Shown: positions 12,996-25,897 of the stretch, piece by piece
Layout of the letters: each line of letters begins with the position of its first letter
Position numbering within the stretch: position 1 is the first letter of the stretch
DNA from: Gonapodya sp. JEL0774
Taxonomy: Eukaryota
Length of the DNA stretch: 64,000 nt
Assembly: GCA_027604505.1 (NCBI GenBank)
Contig: JADIIX010000004.1
Location: 62,001 to 126,000 of the forward strand
Reading direction: 5' to 3'
Position numbers and translations under genes: made by a program
The notes under the pieces: model-generated
Database searches by the model: none
The model's input: the letters and a program-made list of their open reading frames with translations, nothing else
Told to the model about the DNA's origin: nothing

Positions 12996-13595
12996 CATTT
13001 TTGGGTGGTTCAGCACCACATCACGCGGATATCTGTGTGTTGACTCCACAGGCGTGGGAGACGCCATGGACACCCGTTTGACTCAAAGTTATCTTTTTAA
13101 TGAACTGGTAACCGCATCCAGTCCCTACCTATTTTATTTGCGTGTCATTGGTATCACGGATAATTTAATCCACGCACAGCAGCTAACACGAAAACAAAAT
13201 AATACTGTAATATTATAGCTCTAATACTGTAAAAGGAAATAGTATATGATCAAAATGGCCACCCGTTTTGCGAAAATATTGTGAATTCTCAAACTGCATT
13301 CTCATTCGCTCATTTGTTTTGCAGACGTGCTTGTACACTACTACATACATGGAAAGCATGAGGTACCCCTGGCATTAAAATACATTCTCTCACTTTCGGG
13401 ATGGTACTGGTAGTCTGAGCCGGCAGCACCAGGACGTTAAACAACCAAAACGAATAGTGATTGTGTCCTCTTGAATTCATTTCCGAATTTCATGATTTCA
13501 TGATTTCAACCGAATTACCCATGTATCATATTACACACAAGGTGGGTTGCACCAGTGAGCCTGCCACAGAACCACCCTTCTGTCATTGATTGATT

Positions 13596-13619
13596 CTATT
13601 GGCCAGAAACCACCAATAG
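13596..13619. promoter_or_regulatory. Inverted pair of CCAAT boxes upstream of the NF-YA gene
   Basis: CTATTGG (13596-13602) and CCAATAG (13613-13619) form a perfect inverted repeat with a 10-bp spacer, about 240 bp before the predicted ATG. Confidence 0.35.
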
Positions 13620-13855
13620 CCGTTGAGGTCAACAGCCGTCATCGACATCATCTATCAACGGTAACCTTTTTCTTTATCCTTGGCAAAGCACGCCATTCTT
13701 GACTCAGTACATAGGCGGGCCTGGTGGGGGAGGGAATCCATCGCCTCTGCCGTGAATCGTACACTGGACGTATTCGACATCTGCCATCGATTCACTTTCG
13801 ATTACTTTCGATTCACCTTTCTATTCGCCTGCTCGATTCCGGAAATCTCTGGTAA

Positions 13856-15041
13856 ATGGACAACACCGCCTCACATTATCAGCACCCGGCGAATGTGAGC
13901 CGAACAGTTTCACCGTCACCAGATGTCTGAGAATGGATTGAATTCATGACTCTTTTTCATCTCGCTGAATTTGGTAATAGACGGATCCTCAGATCCCGGT
14001 GGAGCATCGGAGCTCTTTACCGGTTGCCAACTTTGGGGTTGGCTCGCCACACTCGGGCAACCTGGTGACAATGAACATACCATCTTCGTTTCCTCGAGCC
14101 CCAGAGCAAGATCATCTGTACGTCAATGCGAAGCAATTCCGCCGCATTCTCCTTCGCCGTGAAGCACGCAATCGTTGGAGTGCCAAAGTGAAAGCGTCGC
14201 AAGAAACCACCTCACATGCATCCCGAGGTTACCTGCACGAGAGCAGGCACAAGCACGCCATGCGAAGGCCTCGGGGTCCTGGTGGGCGGTTTCTAACAGC
14301 TGATGAGATGAAGGAGTGGAGAGAGACGGGGCATCTGCCTGCAGGTAGCAAGCCATTTTATCCTGATGCACCTGATGGGGGACATTCGTTTCCTGCACCA
14401 CGACATGGCAATAATCATGTGAATAGTGCACAAACTTGGAACCGGGGGGAGCTTGAAGCCTCCCGCATCAACAACACCGTTAAAGTGCGGGGGGAGAGTT
14501 CACCGGAAGGATGGACTGACAATCAGAAACAATCTCCACCAGAGGAGTTATCCGCTTTGGCTCGCAAACGCAAGCGCACATCACCTTCTCCAAACAGCAG
14601 CATTGGAACTTACTCGCCCACTCCGCCGCCTGCCCCGCCTTCCGAGAACGCACAAACATCCGATCCCACGGTCAACCCTTTAGCCTCTCTCACTGCCGCA
14701 CTCCTTCCTCATCTACAAATGCATTTGCAGCAAGTTCTTTCCGCATCGGCAACATCATCTGGAACGGAGACTAATACCGGTTTGGTATCCTTTCCGGCAT
14801 CGGATTCCATGGCGGCAATGGGTGGTCAGCTTGCAGCAACAATACTTGGTAGGTGATATCTAAGTTCCGGCAACTCTCCGCAAAAGAATATTTTTTTGAG
14901 TACACCACACTCGAAGCTCTTGCAGCGAGTAACCCGAACTTTAGCGCGGCGGTGTCTGGTAAATCGCTCGCTGGACCACTTGATACAGAGAAATTGACTC
15001 AAAGTGCCACGGAGACAGCGGGGTCGCACCATGAAGGGTAG
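13856..15041 (+). CDS. HAP2: CCAAT-binding factor subunit A (NF-YA / Hap2)
   Basis: LYVNAKQFRRILLRREAR...YLHESRHKHAMRRPRGPGGRFLT is the CBF-B/NF-YA core. A predicted exon 1 (MDNTASHYQHPAN at 13856) splices in frame to 13981, and the last exon ends at 15041. Confidence 0.9.
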
Positions 15042-15165
15042 CCTGCATAGTGGTAGAGTTTTTGGTGCGAAGGCGCAGGTCGTCCAACGTGTTCTCTTAT
15101 ATATATGTATATGAATAGTGCTAGAAAGCGCCAAAGGACGATCTAGCAAGTCGTCCCCATCTGTC

Positions 15166-17101
15166 TCAGCTCATCCGCACCCCTCTTCCACTCTTCACCT
15201 TCCGCCATCCCCGTCTGACCGCCTCGCTAACCTCTCGAACTACGCTCCTTTCTTGTCTTCTCCTTGGGTGCAATTGTCCATCCTGAAAGTCTCTTACACT
15301 GTACCCCAACCCCACCACAGGACCATCCACACCAAGTGCGACACCAAACCCTCTTGCACCCCTCAAAATCCCTCGTATCTTATTACCTGCCGATCCTGGC
15401 TTGCAAAGGTCAATTGGAGAGCGGTTTCCAGAGTCGACAATCCGGGTATTGGCGCCAGCTTCAACCAATATGAGGACGCATTCGGCATATCCAAACCAGC
15501 ACGCATAGTGAAGTGCACTCCTGCCCTTGTTGTCTAATGCGTCAACTGCGGGAGAGCCCGTGCTGTTGGACGAGCTCGGGGGAGAAGGTGGCGGATTCCT
15601 GAGGAGAAGGCGGACAATCGCGGCGTGTCCGGAGCGACAGGCCGCGTGCAGCGGGGTTTGCTGTTGATGATCGGTGGGGAATGCAGGGTGACCAAGGCTG
15701 AAGAAATACTCTTTCATGAGAAGGATTTTCAGATGGCGAGAAGACTGGCATCGTACCTCAGTAGAAGTGCCACCGCGGCGGGCTTCCCAAATGAGGAGGC
15801 TAGATGTAACGGAGTCTCCCCACGCACATCACGTGGAGCCACGTCCTGCAGTTTCTTCTTAGATATGGTCCAAGATTTCAAAAATGGAATATCTGGTTCC
15901 CCTCTCCAGTTGGTAACCTGCGCCGGAAGATTAGTTTTGGTACTAATCGTTGGGGAGGCGAAGGTAATTGAGGATGACGAAGAAGATGTAAGTCCTGATT
16001 GTGAGGTGTGAGGATCGTGCTCCGTGGGGAAGATAATTGTGCCCAGCTCACTGGGCAAGCCAGGCTCGGGGACGACAGTAAAAGCGTCTCCAGCCCACCA
16101 CAAGTTCGAACCTTCTGCTTCTTCTCGTTTGGCACTGTTAGTCCCATTGTCATCAGATCGGGATTTGCCTTTCCCAGTCATGCGGTCTAATCTAGCGTGG
16201 ACGCTGACCGTTGCTGCAACTGTCTCGAAAGAGGTTTGCTTAGCAACTTGCTCCGCACAATCATCGTTCTTCTCATGTTGAATCTCGCACCCAACCAACA
16301 ATGCCGCGCATTTTGCGTCGCTCGAGTCGTTTTCCGCGTTTGCCACTCCGAAATGTAGTGGTGTTCGCATGTCACCGTCAACCGCGTCCGCTTGGGCTCC
16401 ATGATCTAGTAGCAGTTGTAAAACTCGTAAAGAGCCTCGATCTGATGCATGATGAAGAGGTGTACGACCCTTCGGTTGAGAAAGAGTGCGAAAAAGGAGG
16501 ATGTCAACACCCCAGTGTACTCTACACCCCTCCGAGGTGGTGACAGCCCCACATACTGGGGTTACTCACAGACCTTGGCATTTGATGCATTCACATTAGC
16601 CCCAGCGGCAATTAGAATTCGCACGATGTCCAAAACTTCCACTTCTGAGTCTTTGCGAAGTGTTACGAGAAGAAGAGGGGTCTAATAAAATGAAACGGAC
16701 CCGGGCATGGGTGAAGCGAAGATTCAAGCAAATAAATTGCAGGAAAGACTCACTTGCCCTTTGCAATCCCCCAAGTTTGGGTCCGCTCTCCTTTGAAGCA
16801 ATTTGCAAACACCCTCCCGGTCACCGAGGCGGCAAGCATAGTGAAGAGGCGTGGCCCCCAGTTCATCCACCAATTGTACTGATACAACTTCCCAAAGTTG
16901 ACTTGGTACTGGGAGAAAGTGCTCCCGATAGTATCGGTACCTCGCACAGTGCAAATCCCTGAAAACTGTGATGTGTGCGTTATAGAGATTCTGCAAGCGT
17001 CTTGAAGCACTGTGCAGTCGCGCCGATGGTTTTGGGGGCAAGACGAGGAGGATCTGTAGAAGGAGCTCATCCGGCAGGGTAAAGAACGGGCACAAGGGCA
17101 T
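15166..17101 (-). CDS. F-box and ankyrin repeat protein
   Basis: N-terminal TLPDELLLQILLVLPPKPSARLHSASRRL is F-box-like. Ankyrin motifs include GATPLHYAC, GETPLHLAS, QTPLHAAC and GRSALHYAC. The start codon is uncertain. Confidence 0.8.
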
Positions 17102-18016
17102 GGGAAACTTGGGGGTATGGGTGCGTATCGGGAAGCTGGAACCGAAACCGAACACGTCGTTTTGCCGATGGGCACCTCACAGACGGACGGACAGGGATTG
17201 ATCCACCTAAGGCCACACACGGGGAAGAGGAGAGGGTCAAAGGAAAAGAGACGAGCCTGGAGTCAAAAAGCCTTCAAAGCCTCCCCCGTCACATGATCGC
17301 CACATGATCCCTGAGCCTACGAGTGTGAACATGGACATCAACAAAATCTGAAAAAATGGACTTTTAGAGAGGCCATAGCATCATGCAGAGGATGTTATAT
17401 GATAATTTATGCCTTGAAGATGCTTTTTTCGACAGGTGAAACAATTTGGCTTGTCAGCGGACATTGGAGGGCATTGAGGTGCTGACTAACACATGTGGAC
17501 TTGCAAATACCGCCCGCGCGTCCTTTGATGTGTTACATTTAGCTCATGTCGAGTCCCCTTTGTTGTTGGGTTCGTTGCGTCCGGATTCAGTCCTGTGCTC
17601 TTTGCTCATTTGCACTTCAACGGCGGGGATTACTTATCCTCTCCCCCTCTCATGGCGGCAGCTTTATCCTCCCATAGTGCGTGACTCCAGTGTCAGGTCT
17701 CCCGTGCGATGAGTTTGTGTTTGGAGTCCTCGCACATTCATATTATGCATGACCACAAGATGCCAGAAATGAGGTGGTTCTCAACCCGGCCCCCCGCCCA
17801 AAGTTATTTTCGCCGAAGTCTCCAAAGTTGGTTCCATTGCTAAGGCTGAGCACCCCGCTGCAGATCTGTTCGTCGCTCCCCCACGGGGATGGACTACTCC
17901 TGGGAAAGGGTGAATCGAAAGGCCCTGGACGGCCGAGAGGAAATGAGTTCTATGGTGGATCATGAACTTTATCTTTGCTACTGGGAAAATGCAATAAGCA
18001 GACGTTTACGTTGTAT

Positions 18017-19560
18017 TCATTTTCTGCTAGGTTTCGGCACCACCTTCTTGAAATGCTCCGCGATTTCACTGCGGGTTGCCACCCACACTTCGGGTCCAAG
18101 AGACTGGATGTAATCGAGAACTCGAGACAGTGCGGCCGCACGGCCTGGGCGACCAATGAGGCGGCAATGGAGACCCACTGAAAGCATTTTGGGATGACCA
18201 TCCCGACCTGACAATGTCCGAATTGTTGGTGACGCATTCCACAAAGATGATTCCGACAAAACAGTGAGCATTTGGTTTACCCATTCCCCATGCGTTCACT
18301 CACCTTCTTCCAGTAGCATATCCACAGCGTCTTTGATGTACTTTTCAAATCCATCTGGGCTGGTGAAGCCCGGTGGCTTTATTTTCACGGAAGGCGAAGA
18401 ACCACTGAATTATGGTTCTACACCGCGAGGCGCCCAACAGAATACGTACCACACCATACTTCATATCGTTGGCGTCGAGTGTGTATGGAATGATGAGTAG
18501 AGGTTCTCCAGTGATGTCCTCAAAGTCCCAACTGGGTTTCGATTGGTCGACATGATTAAGACAACCGGGTCACAAAATGATAAAAAAGGGGCGTATTTAG
18601 TTTTCATGAATTACACATGCCATTGCACCCACGTGCTTTTCCTCCACTCACCTCCAATATGGCAAATCGTCATTGTAAGCGTCACTTTCCCACTCCAACT
18701 GCAATCCCTGGTCATTTAGAGCTCTCACCACCTCTCTTCTCGTATCAGGACCAATTCTTCCGCTATACCACCCCTTAGGGTTGTGTCCAGTGGCGGCTTT
18801 GATGGCGGCGACGCAGTCTCGCACATGTGTATGTACCTCAGCGGGTGGTAGGGCAGCGTAATCGACCCACCGATGATTATGTGAGGCAATGTCATGACCA
18901 GCGTTGTGGAGAGAGGTGATTACCGTAGGGTGAAGCTCGACTGCTCGACTTTGGGAAATGAGGATTCAGTGAGTGACCGCTGGAGCTGGTGGAATCACCC
19001 ATATTTCATCCTTCGCAGCCCTTTCAAACCTACCCCACGGCATAGACTGTAAATTTAAATCCTCTCTTCTCAAAAATATTGGCGATACGCCAGACACCAG
19101 CACGTGATCCATATTCATACTGGGTTTCCATGTCTGCGAAGTGTTTGGTTGAGGGATGGCCTTTCCTCTGCACCATTTCTTTGTAGTCTCCACTTACTTG
19201 GGTCTCGAGCGCCCAAACGAGATGTCCCACCGGGTGTCTAGATGGAGAAAAGTGGAGGGAAACTGTCACAACAATGAAATCCCGTGACTCAAGATGGAAA
19301 CTATTGACCTCGTTCAGAAACACCTCGCTTCCTCTGTCTCCATTAACAATCGTATTCTCGCCTCCCTGCACAAAAGTGATGGTCACGAAATGTCAGGGGA
19401 ATGCGATCGACCGTAGGGGTTCCGTTTGTGACCAAACCTCCTCATAATTGAGTACGAACGAAACAGCAAGCTTGGCACCTCCAGGCCACTTGGGGTCCGG
19501 TGGGTTCGCCCCATACCCAATCAGATCTCGTGGGTGGGTTCTAGTGGGACTGAAACTCAT
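18017..19560 (-). CDS. puuE: PuuE-type metal-independent allantoinase (polysaccharide deacetylase fold)
   Basis: RDLIGYGANPPDPKWPGGAKLAVSFVLNYEE|GGE, YEYGSRAGVWRI, HDIASHNHRW (His...Trp signature, ~18867-18896), PYTLDANDMK and MLSVGLHCRLIGRPGR...VWVATRSEIAEHF. Confidence 0.85.
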
Positions 19561-19663
19561 TTCGTGGTGTAATATGCTGTGTGGTGCAGCAAACGCATCA
19601 TGATGATCTCGGTTGGCCCCACTCACGGCATTGCACACTTGAAAACATGATACATAACCTATA

Positions 19664-20296
19664 ATGGAATTCAGTTCTCCCTCACTTCCACCAGTCTCGT
19701 CGATTGTTTCCATCTCACAAGAAGAGCTAGAGGCAGCCCTCTCTCTCATATTCGGTGAGATACGACCTGCGTTAATGGCACCTTGATGTCTAAGACATTT
19801 CGTTCCTTTTTGACAATCAGAACAGTCGCGAACTCTCTTTTCTCTTCTCTCCTCTCACATCCGTTCTAACCCCGCACCAGCTTCCTGGTCTGCTCTCATT
19901 AGTTCCTTTGAAAAGGATGTTCTACCGTTGTGTGCATGGGAGGAGAAGTTGGACATCATAAACGCACATCCTCGTCTTGGTGAACCAAAGACCAATCTTT
20001 CGGCAATGTCGCTTAAGGAGCAAGGATACATTCCTGGCCAGAGCTCGACATTGCCTGCAGTCGTTCCCGACGCTGAAGTAAACGCGGAGCTCATGCGCCT
20101 CAACAACATCTATGAGGCACGCTTTGGTTTCAAATTCGTGATATTCGTGGCTGGGCGTCCGCGGAAGAACATAGTGCCAATTTTACAAAGTATTGTGGAC
20201 AATGCTGCAGCAATGAAGGAGAGTGAAATGGAAAGGGGATTACAAGATATGTGCGACATCGCGCGTGACAGAGTGAAGAAGTTGGGAATGGTTTAG
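19664..20296 (+). CDS. uraD: OHCU decarboxylase (UraD family)
   Basis: Exon 1 MEFSSPSLPPV...LSLIF (ATG at 19664) splices to EQSRTL...IINAHPRLGE...SLKEQG...LNNIYEARFGFKFVIFVAGR...DIARDR. Confidence 0.85.
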
Positions 20297-20337
20297 GGCA
20301 ATGCCGAGGCTATGAGAACTTTGTAAAGCACCAAGCA

Positions 20338-21890
20338 ATGAAAACGAACGCGCCGGTTTACCTCATCCTAGAGTCGACAAATGACACTTTCTCGACGAAA
20401 CGTATAGAGCTGCGAGATGTTTCTATCAAAGTTGGCCGAAAGGCGTCACCAAAGGTCTCACCAGCGTCTGTAGGTCCCTGCTTTCCAGATTACAGAGCTT
20501 CTTCGTCAATCTCCAATTTATTGCTCCCGGAACATAAAGGATAATGCAATTTTTGAGTCCAAGGTTCTGAGCCGTGCTCATGCGGAGATGTGGGCGGATG
20601 GCGGACGGGTCCTGATCAAGGACGTGGGATCTTCCAACGGTAGAGTTTTCAGCCACCCGTCCTTCGAAATCACAATCCCTTGATTGATTGCTGGAGTGAG
20701 CTCTTCATGCAATCATATGCTGATCCCCAGGGACGTTCGTAAACGGGGTGCGACTGAGCGATGAAGGAGCGACCAGCGCGCCACGGGAACTCAGGACTGG
20801 TGATTTTTTGGACTTTGGAATAGACATTTGTCATGAAGACGGGACAACCGGTGAGAGCCTGTGCGCGGGTTCGCGATTGAGAGTTCGGCATCGTGCCCAT
20901 CCCACTATTCCAACAGTCATGTACAAAAAGGTTTCCGCGAAAGTTCGGGTGGAGTCACCCGTGGAACAGATAGCAATTTCTGGGGACGCTATGCAGATTG
21001 TGTCTTTGGTTGACGTGGGTGAACAGGCGAATCACGTAATTTAATTACGGCGCTAAGCACAACACTCATTAAAGGAGAACATTTCCCGCGCTCTGAAAAC
21101 ATGTGAGCAGCTTGAAAGGCTCAATGCAGCCCTTGATTCCATTCAGGAGTTTGTTGAAGCAGCTGGACCAGTTAGTGTGAACTCACTTGTCATGACCCCT
21201 AATTGCTGCCAAAAAATCTTCACTGTCTCAGGCGTCTATACCCCCTGCCGTCCAGCGTGAGCTAGACGACGCCCAACTTTCTCTCCGTGCTACGCAAGAC
21301 CGTGCAGATCGTGCCGAGCGGGAGAGGGCAGAAGATTTACGACAACTTGAGAGGATCAGAGCTCTACTTGAGACAGAAAGAGCGGAGGCGAAAGATAGAG
21401 AGGAGATGTGGGAACTGGAACGGAGAGAGCTAGAACACAGAGCGAAAGTAAGCAGGTTGTGGGCACGTTGGCAAATACTTCCTGTGTTGTTCTCATCACG
21501 TTAAATGCAACGAAACAGAATTCCTCCAGCTTCCGTCAGACGGCTCCTAAATCCGCAGACTCCTCTCGGCGCGGTTTGGCCGATCTTGTTGCAGATACTG
21601 ACGCCGCAGCACCTTCGGAACCTGTATTCGAAGATTTTGACACAAATGAAACGGAAATTATGCGCAAGGTGGGTTATTGTGTGATCTCTATTGCTAAATG
21701 GGATGAAGGGAATCAGGCTCATCGACATATTACGTTTCGTGTACAGGCACCTCCTTTCAATCCGTCACTATCCAAAGTACCATCGAACTCGCCATGGCCT
21801 GCGTTATTGCAACTTGGAGTGGGCATGGCTTTAGCAATTGTGTTGACACAAGGGTGGCAGATGATTGGCTGGTCCACAATAAAGTCATGA
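20338..21890 (+). CDS. FHA domain, coiled coil and C-terminal tail anchor protein (SLMAP/Vps64/Far10-like)
   Basis: VGRK...|[39 protein letters not shown] is an SLMAP-type FHA domain. A coiled-coil exon lies at ~21230-21450, and the C-terminus is hydrophobic ([15 protein letters not shown]). Confidence 0.85.
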
Positions 21891-22297
21891 CATTTTGATG
21901 TCTATATACTCTAAAATTTTATCCCAATCTGGTCATATCTCCAACACCACTGAGCGAAGATTTTCCCAAAGACACAGGCAGCTGACAAGCAATCCTTAAA
22001 AGGTTCGAAGCTTTCAGTCTACTCAGGAAGAAACGGGAGAATTCTGCATGAGACGCGGCTGTTTGGGTCTTCATGACGTGAAATCAGGAGATTGCGGGAG
22101 TTCGATTGAAACAGCAGGAAGCACGGATGAGCAGAGACTGCGTCCACTCTTGCCATTTTTTGATTGGAGATGACTCAGCTCGTGGTGGATTCATGTGGTT
22201 CTCTTGACAAAAGAGCTCGAATGTATTCGTACGGTCACACACCAATAATCGTTCATCTTCGTCTCTGCTCAGTTGTTCGGCACACGCAAACAAGACC

Positions 22298-25200
22298 ATG
22301 TCTGGAAATGCGTTTGGCTACTTGTCCGCAGATGGATTCATGTCTGTGCCAAACGTGGTCCCCACAAACCCACCCCAACTGCCATCAATACCAGTGTCTT
22401 CTCCACTTCCCCAAATTCAACTGAAACTGTCCTCTGGAACTTCCATGACAACTTCCTCGGCGTCATCCTCCCGATCTCCCTCTCGCACCACGTCGCCAAC
22501 TCTTCCGACTAGGTCACCCGCACACCTCGCCCCACAATACCATGGCACCCCCCCGCGCGGAGCCACTGGTGATACGTCTTCCCCAAGCATATCTCCCCCG
22601 CGCTCCCCTCCTATGATCCGTTTGCATGGAATACAACCAAGATCTCCAATTCCCACATCGCCCATTTTGGAGGCTCACATGCCAGGACCAAAACTCTATC
22701 TCGCTCTCGCGCAGCCTCAACTCGAGCTTCCCTCCTCAGCAGCGTCCCCATCTCGCTCACGTGGAGCTTCGCCAAGCCATTCACCTCGCCCAAGCCCGGG
22801 GGCATCGCCAAACACAGCTCGGCGCATCTTAGATAGTGTCACTGGTGGAAATCAGAGCAGCCCAAGTTCTTCTCTCCGCGAACACGAGCCTATAATTTTT
22901 CGCCCTAGTGACTCTCCCACGTCGCCTTCTTCTCCTATGTCAGCCGGGGGCAATCGGATTGGTCGATTATCTCCCGCTCGTCTGTTCAATGTTTCGCCTG
23001 ATAGCGGCGAGCGCATGAACATCGATGTAGTCTCATCCTCATTGCACTCTCCTCAGACGGCAGAACGTGATTCGTTCTCTATCTCTCTGAAAGACGAGTG
23101 TGGGCCAGACTCGCCCACTATAGGTGGTGATAATGACAGCTCTACCAAGCAGTTCGGCCTTTCTCTAGGTGGAGATTTTGGAGCTGTTATGGGACTTCAA
23201 TTGGGAGGTGTTGGTAAAGGAATGGGGACGATCAACTCAGAAGTGGCACGTCCAATACCTCAAGATGTTCTCCGATTAGCACAAAATGTACGGCGACACA
23301 CACCACCCATATCATCACTTGAACTCACTGGGCTGGGCTATGGAAACAACCGTCACCTCACGGAATCCGCATACAAAAAGGACAGCGGGGTTGACTTGAT
23401 CGGTGACCCCAAGGTGTGTTGAAAAGTGCCAGCATGTGTCTCCTGGTTCACATGCTTTTCTCGTCTGGTTATCTGTACCCGTCATAATCTTTATCGTCGA
23501 CAACTTTCGTTCTCAGCCACACCCACTTCCTCGATTCCACTTTCCTCCCGGTAGTTCTCCACTCGCACCCCATGACCGAGCGCGACTCAATTCCGATGTT
23601 CTAGCGTGCATAGATAAGACTTTTCGAAATACAGGTATCATGGGAGGACAGAGCAAAGCGACTAGGGAGGCTGAGATGGCTGCGCTGGCAAGGACGATAG
23701 GTCTCCCTAGATACATGGCAGGTGCACTCCTCAGGTTTGCAGCATGGGCAGAGCATGGCAACGGATCTGTCGCAGAAACAGATGGAGTCAGTAAAAAGGG
23801 GGCGTTGAGGTGTGTAGCGGCGAATTTCAGAAACTGAACATTGGTGACTCACAGCTCGAAAGCGGATTATAGAATGTGGGAGTTTTGTGCTCCATACGCC
23901 CACGATCCATCAATGTTATCATTCTATATTCTTGGTGCTATCCCGGTACTGACTGGTACAACCTCCCTCACAAACACCACCCGTGCTCTTCGGTTCCCTT
24001 CTCAACTTCTTCCTCATCACATCGACCTGGTCGTACAAGACGTTGTACGAGCGCACCCCGGGCTGGAATTTTTAGCAAATATGCCTATTTTTCAAGCTCG
24101 ATATGTTGATACCGTTGTCGCAAGGGTATGGTATGGAAAAGGGAAGTGTGGCGATGAACGGTACGTAAAGTCGCATTGGCCATGTTTTTGGTCCGAACAA
24201 TGGAGGACCAGTATTCTTAGTCATCTATTTGAACCAATTAGAATGACTCTCAGTGAGTGGAGAAAATCAGAGTTCCTTGAAGTTCTTCGAAACTTGGAAC
24301 AAGAGGAGGATGTTAATTCTGTGGGTTGATAGATCTTCTGTCGGCAAACACGCTACGTCCCCTTTGACCCGTCAGTTATCTTCTCATTTACTGGATTTCG
24401 TTCACTTTTGACACCTGTCGGAAATAAAACGATCCCAACAACCCTCGGAATGGTGGCACCGCAGACTCGCGATCCCTTCTCGTACAAGCACTTCTACGTT
24501 GTCTATTGTCGTTTCTGGGAGCTTGACACTGACCATGATATGGTCGTGTCTGGGAGGCAACTGGCTTCTTACGATGGGTGTCGAATCACGCGACGTGTGA
24601 TGCGGCGAATCATAGAGGGATATGGACGGCGTGGAGCGCCCAAAGTCGCTCCAACTGGATCAACGCCGCTTGCGGAGGTTCGGAAAATTCCACGTGCCTG
24701 GTTTAAAGGCTGGAGGAAAGGCGAGGCGGAAACAAGCGAGATAATGGCCGAGGAACTTGCGGCAGGAGAAGGTGAAGAGGGAAATGACGCGGAGGAAGGG
24801 TGGGAGAATGCGAAGTTTGAATACAGGGATTTTGTTTGTAAGTCAGGCAATGCGTTGAGCTCGTGTAACCTGTTGCTGAGTTGTTTGTTGGTACAGGGTT
24901 CATTTTATCGGTCGAGGACAAAAACACGCCACCGGCGATCGAGTATTGGTTTCGTTGTTTGGACACGGATGGAGATGGAATGCTTAGCCTTCATGAGATG
25001 AAGTACTTCTACGACGAGCAAAAAGAGAGGTGAGAATTGTGGTGACTCGCTTCTTCTCAATCCCCCAGTTTCTGAGGTGCCACTACCTCCACACATCACA
25101 TTCGTGCTCATTCTCAAGAATGTATTCTGGTTTCGCGAGCTTTTGCAACGAGCTCTGGTCGTTTCCCGACTTCGTCTGCAACCTTCTTGATCTGGCCCAG

Positions 25201-25897
25201 GTACCGGCTGGCAGGCCGTACGTCACCTTAGCCGATCTCAAGCGATGCCGCAATGCGGGCCTTTTTTTCAACTTTCTCTTTGACTGGCGCCGATATGACG
25301 TTCACGTACATAGAATGGAGCCAACGTTCAGAGAGCAAGACGAAGTCTGGATATCCGAGAAGAAAACCGGCCTCGGCCGTGTGAAGTTAATGTAAGTTGA
25401 CCTGCACGAGCTTCTTATCCCTGTTCGATTTACTACTCCATAATGATGACGGCTTCCTGAATCTCAGTGGCTGGGATAAGTTTGCTGAGCGAACTTATGA
25501 ACTCCTGGCTTATGAAGAACAGCAGCAGCAATCTGCCGCCGCCGCCGCCGCCGCCATTGCCAGTCAAAAAGCTAAAAGACAAGCTGCCCAAGCGCGTTCG
25601 ATCCGCTCAGGATCAACGTCAGCCGCACGCAAAGTTCTCTTTGAGATCGAGGATCGGTCGACGGAGGCGACGGGTGCACGAATCGGAGGGTCTGGCAATG
25701 TCAGAGAGGCAGGGCGCTATGTTGGGGACAGCGATAGCGACGAAGAGGATGAGCTTGAGACTGTCGATGATGGGTATGGCGATGGAGACGAGGATATGCT
25801 AGAAGCTGGAGAACTAATTAGGGAAAGCAGGAAGAGGGGCTCCGACAGGATGGAAATCAGTCCTCAAACAACGCAGAACACGAAATCGGCCAAGTGA
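22298..25897 (+). CDS. PP2A regulatory subunit B'' (PR72/PR130 type, EF-hand)
   Basis: HPGLEFL...FQARYVDTVVAR, FSYKHFYVVYCRFWELDTDHD, IEYWFRCLDTDGDG and WDKFAERTYELL, preceded by a long Ser/Pro-rich N-terminus. Confidence 0.9.
25535..25555 (+). repeat. (GCC)7 microsatellite encoding poly-Ala
   Basis: Read directly, in the last exon of the PP2A B'' gene. Confidence 0.9.
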
